A stretch of DNA of 64,000 nucleotides, taken from contig CBDHHL010000056.1 in assembly GCA_965263355.1 (NCBI GenBank), positions 1,184,001-1,248,000 of the forward strand, given 5' to 3'. Position numbers and translations under genes: made by a program. Source of the DNA: Leptolyngbyaceae cyanobacterium. GTDB taxonomy: Bacteria > Cyanobacteriota > Cyanobacteriia > Phormidesmidales > Phormidesmidaceae. This document shows positions 60,735-64,000 of the stretch, one piece after another. The notes below the pieces were generated by a model. It was not told the DNA's origin, ran no database searches, and was given only the letters and a program-made list of their open reading frames with translations. Numbering within the stretch: the stretch's first letter is position 1; each line of letters opens with the position of its first letter.

Positions 60735-61257
60735 CAGAGCTAATTCTCTCTCTAAATAATAGTGGAATCGCTTTAATGTGAATTTTAAGGAAGTTCATTT
60801 AGCTGAGATTAAAACCCTTTGATTTCAGTGCCTCTGAGGTTACCTGACGTTCTACCACTGAGATCGTACATCTGAATTCCAAGCAGATAGCTTAAGAAGC
60901 TGGTGTCACTTCTTCCAATCTACATGCAGGCCGATATGCAAGTAATGCTTTTACGTATCGTAGTGGCCAATGATTTGACCTGACTACCCGAACAAAGTGC
61001 TGACGTTCAGGCCAGCGCCAAACTGTCCAATGTAGGTCAATCCAGCTAGCTTGATTTTTTGGGGTAAAATTGGGGTAAAGCAATATTTTGACCACTAAAA
61101 CTATTGATATATATAGCTTAAGCGTCAGCTTCCCAAACGATTTTCGATCTATGGGGCTGATTAATACGTTGACTGCACTCAGTTTTTATCTCATACATAG
61201 TGAAGGCATTCGATACACTAGTCGATATACGATTGATTCAAAGCTGCGTATCGTCCT

Positions 61258-61842
61258 ATGATTGCTTCACCAACCGTTAAAATTCCAACTGCCATGAGCG
61301 TTAGCTTTATGCAGTTTCTGCAGTTGGTTAAAGCGAATCCGGAGCTACGACTAGAGTTAACCGCTGAAGGAACATTGATTGCAATGTCACCAACCGGTAG
61401 TGAAGGTGGACAACGAAATGCTGAGCTAACAACAGATTTTTGTATTTGGAATCGTCAGATAAAACTAGGGATTGTTTTCGACTCGTCTACAGGCTTTAGA
61501 CTTCCAAATGGTGCCGTAAGGTCCCCTGATGTTTCCTGGGTGAAACAGTCTCGTTGGGATGCACTTACATCAGAGCAACGAAAGGGATTTGCTCCCCTAT
61601 GTCCTGATTTTGTTTTAGAACTTGCCTCCGAATCTGACGATATCGAAGATCTTCAGACCAAGATGCAGGAGTATCTCGAAAATGGGGCTCAGTTGGGTTG
61701 GCTAATTGATCCGAGGACCCGGCAAGTAGAGATTTATCGACCAGCAAAACCCGTCGAGATTTTGCAATCACCCAAAACACTTTCAGGAGAAGACATCCTA
61801 TCTGGACTAGTTTTCAATCTGAATGTAATTTATCTAGATTGA
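61258..61842 (+). CDS. Uma2 family endonuclease-fold protein
   Basis: FDSSTGF, SPDVSW, CPDFVLEL, LGWLIDP; paralogue of 59631-60239. Confidence 0.93.
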   Translation: MIASPTVKIPTAMSVSFMQFLQLVKANPELRLELTAEGTLIAMSPTGSEGGQRNAELTTDFCIWNRQIKLGIVFDSSTGFRLPNGAVRSPDVSWVKQSRWDALTSEQRKGFAPLCPDFVLELASESDDIEDLQTKMQEYLENGAQLGWLIDPRTRQVEIYRPAKPVEILQSPKTLSGEDILSGLVFNLNVIYLD

Positions 61843-61860
61843 ATGGAACGACATCACTGC

Positions 61861-62067
61861 TTATAGCTTGCTGCCAGGAGCGTTGAAGCTTTCCTCTGAA
61901 AAGTTTTCCTCTACATCAGGTAACTCGTCATTTGACTCATCGGATTCTGGTACGAGGATGAACACCTTAACAGTTGGAGGATACAGCAGATTGGGGGGTA
62001 GCTGAAAGTTAGGCCATTCAATTTGGCCATCCTCTGTGACAGAAGCATTAAGTTCGTAGGCTTCCAT
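61861..62067 (-). pseudogene. Small antitoxin-like gene, probably frameshifted at the 3' end
   Basis: MEAYELNASVTEDGQIE...VKVFILV...FSEESF; a shifted frame continues RSWQQAI. Confidence 0.45.
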
Positions 62068-62074
62068 ATAATAA

Positions 62075-62725
62075 TCACTGACTAAATTGCTCAATCAACC
62101 AACGGTTAATGGCTCCATCATCATCTGACCGGCCTCGCTGTAAAGCCTTTTCCACTGTTTCAATGGCTAGACCTGGCAATGCTTTAGAACGCCTAATCTC
62201 AGCACTACCACCATCTGCAACTGAAAAAGCGATTACTTTGCTGATAGCTACATTGATCACCCAGTACTCACTAACTCCCAGGCGTTCAAATAACAAACGC
62301 TTACTACCTAAATCCTCACTAAGACTGGTAGAGGCAATTTCAATCACTAGTTGAGGTGCTTTATAGATATCCACATTAACTGGCTCATTATTGCGGGGTG
62401 GAAATCGAATATCTTTACCTAAATAAAATGCCAGATCCGGCTGAGAGTCGCGCAGCCCAGACTTGCGAAACGTACAATTTATATATTCTGCAACACGAAT
62501 CATCTTGAATGTGGCAAATAAACTAACCACCTTGGATAAAATCGCATTGTCTCTGGCATGACTGGGACCTAAGGGTGCCATCTCAATTCGCATTTCTCCT
62601 GAATCGTAGTAGCACCGAGCTTTTTCATAGGCTGGACTATCTACAACCGCTATGTACTCATCCCAAGTTGCCTGAACCCAGGTGTCAGTCGGAATATTTT
62701 TGGGAGTAGGTACAGCACTAACCAT
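62075..62725 (-). CDS. Uma2 family endonuclease-fold protein
   Basis: ATWDEY, IEMAPLG..H, QPD, PQLVIEIA, GVSEYWV. Confidence 0.92.
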   Translation of the reverse strand: MVSAVPTPKNIPTDTWVQATWDEYIAVVDSPAYEKARCYYDSGEMRIEMAPLGPSHARDNAILSKVVSLFATFKMIRVAEYINCTFRKSGLRDSQPDLAFYLGKDIRFPPRNNEPVNVDIYKAPQLVIEIASTSLSEDLGSKRLLFERLGVSEYWVINVAISKVIAFSVADGGSAEIRRSKALPGLAIETVEKALQRGRSDDDGAINRWLIEQFSQ

Positions 62726-63003
62726 GGCTAAGGCTTTCTAAGCACGTTACTGAACTCTAGTATATCTGGCGTCTCAAACACCCAATCTAGAGGAATACAG
62801 ATGATAAAAATCAAGCCTAAAACCCTCAGCTTGGGAAGCTGAGCATCAGCAGGTCGAGTGCCGGTGAACTATTTGCGATCGCTAGGGGAAATCTGCCATC
62901 AAATTTGCAGTGGGTGTAAATTCACTTGATTCTTGCCTGGGTGTAATTTGGGTGTAATAAAGTTTTTTAGCCTCTGTAAGTATTGCTATAAAAGGATCTA
63001 ATT

Positions 63004-63050
63004 GCTGATTTGTAATCAGCCGGTCGTCCGTTCGAGTCGGATCACCAGCT
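63004..63050 (+). repeat. att site: third copy of tRNA-Thr 3' part
   Basis: GCTGATTTGTAATCAGCCGGTCGTCCGTTCGAGTCGGATCACCAGCT, identical to 26147-26193. Confidence 0.96.
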
Positions 63051-63252
63051 TTCTAGAAAAATCAATAATTTCCCCGACTGGGCAAAGCTTTTGGGCGTTG
63101 TCCAATCGGCGCTTTAGCGCACCCTCTGAAAACACGTTGGACATTTTTGGGTCAGTTTAGACAGGTTGGTCGGTCGATTGGGGTAAAAAAATGGGGTAAA
63201 TCGCTACTATTAAGTAGAACGCTAGTTCTACTATTGGAGTGCATGATTATGT

Positions 63253-63880
63253 ATGCCAGATCGTCCCGTCGGAAATCCTCAGGGGGAACCGTCTATGACT
63301 AAAGCCCAGGCGGGGTATGTAACGGTGTATCAGCCAGGAGATGTGCTGGTGCCGATACAGGATTATAAAAAACAAGGATTGCTGAAGGGACAGCAGTATA
63401 AGGTGGTTTCGGTTGACCGAGAAAATCAGCGGCTAGTAGTCGAGACAACCGGTGGTCAGGTGATGGGAGTTGATCCATGGCGATGTCCGTTGAAGTCGGT
63501 GTATGTGGGACAGGAGGTTCAGGTAGCTATTGGCGATCAGCTGCGATGGACTAAAAATAACCGAGCACATAAACGCCACAATGGTCAGCGGTTTACGGTT
63601 CAGCATATGGGGGCCGATGGCCTCGCTCAGATTATTGATAGTGAAGGGAACGCGCAACAGATAAGTCTTAGTGGTCAGCAGTATGTGGATTATGCCTGGG
63701 TCAGTACGACCTAGGGCAGTCAGGGCAAAACAGCGGATCGGGTGATGGCTTTGATGGATAGCACGACGACAAATCGGGAATCTTTCTATGTGACAGTGTC
63801 TCGTGCCAAGCATTGTTTGGCGCTATATACAGCTAATAAAATAGAGCTAGCGCAGTGGGCTGAGGTGTCGAAGGCGAAGG
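63253..63880 (+). pseudogene. Fragment of TrwC/TraI (MobF) relaxase-helicase C-terminal region
   Basis: GDQLRWTKN, DYAWVSTT-stop-GSQGKTADRV, FYVTVSRAK; in-frame TAG at 63712 and no relaxase N-terminus. Confidence 0.85.
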
Positions 63881-64000
63881 AAAGGGAGGTAGTTAGTTCA
63901 CCTGAAGATCCTTACAGCACCTTTCCAATTACTAAGCAGCCTGTAACCACGACAATTACAACAGAGCTATCAGCACAGGAACAGTCTATTGTTCCTAATG

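Larger units (their letters stand above)
40978..63050. mobile_element. Composite genomic island 2 between the second and third att copies
   Basis: Bounded by tRNA 3'-half repeats; left end homologous to island 1 left end; contains IS, MITE-like elements and plasmid-like genes. Confidence 0.8.

Noticed and set aside
60892..61095. 67-aa minus-strand ORF
   Set aside because: Runs through arm-like end repeats and has no protein motif.

Overview
Cyanobacterial chromosome window, probably a filamentous Leptolyngbya-like strain (inferred from more than 20 HIP1 GCGATCGC sites, heptamer tandem repeats and CHASE2/CHAT/DUF928/Uma2 genes). Bases 1-26 kb are mostly core genes: a CHASE2 kinase/regulator pair, FHA protein, MazF-type toxin, gshB, NMT1 binding protein, Lhr-type helicase, a CDP-sugar cluster with a decayed rfbC, asnS and a NarL regulator. 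A tRNA-Thr(TGT) at 26121-26193 anchors a tandem array of integrated elements, with its 3' half repeated at 40978 and 63004. No integrase is visible in the window. Island 1 (about 14.8 kb) carries NB-ARC regulator, kinase-CHASE2, DUF928 and FHA-CHAT genes plus secreted proteins, including an RTX metalloprotease. Island 2 (about 22 kb) is composite: a pseudo-cyclase/di-haem peroxidase/DAHL/PstS-like/Rieske operon, an IS, an MscS-cNMP channel with a methyltransferase/aminotransferase/sulfotransferase-like cluster, plasmid remnants and four Uma2 genes. A third element begins with a dead TrwC-type relaxase fragment. The most unusual signal is non-coding: the element ends carry palindromes with 7-nt spacers built from the left and right halves of the tRNA attachment core, and one pair shows compensatory base changes.
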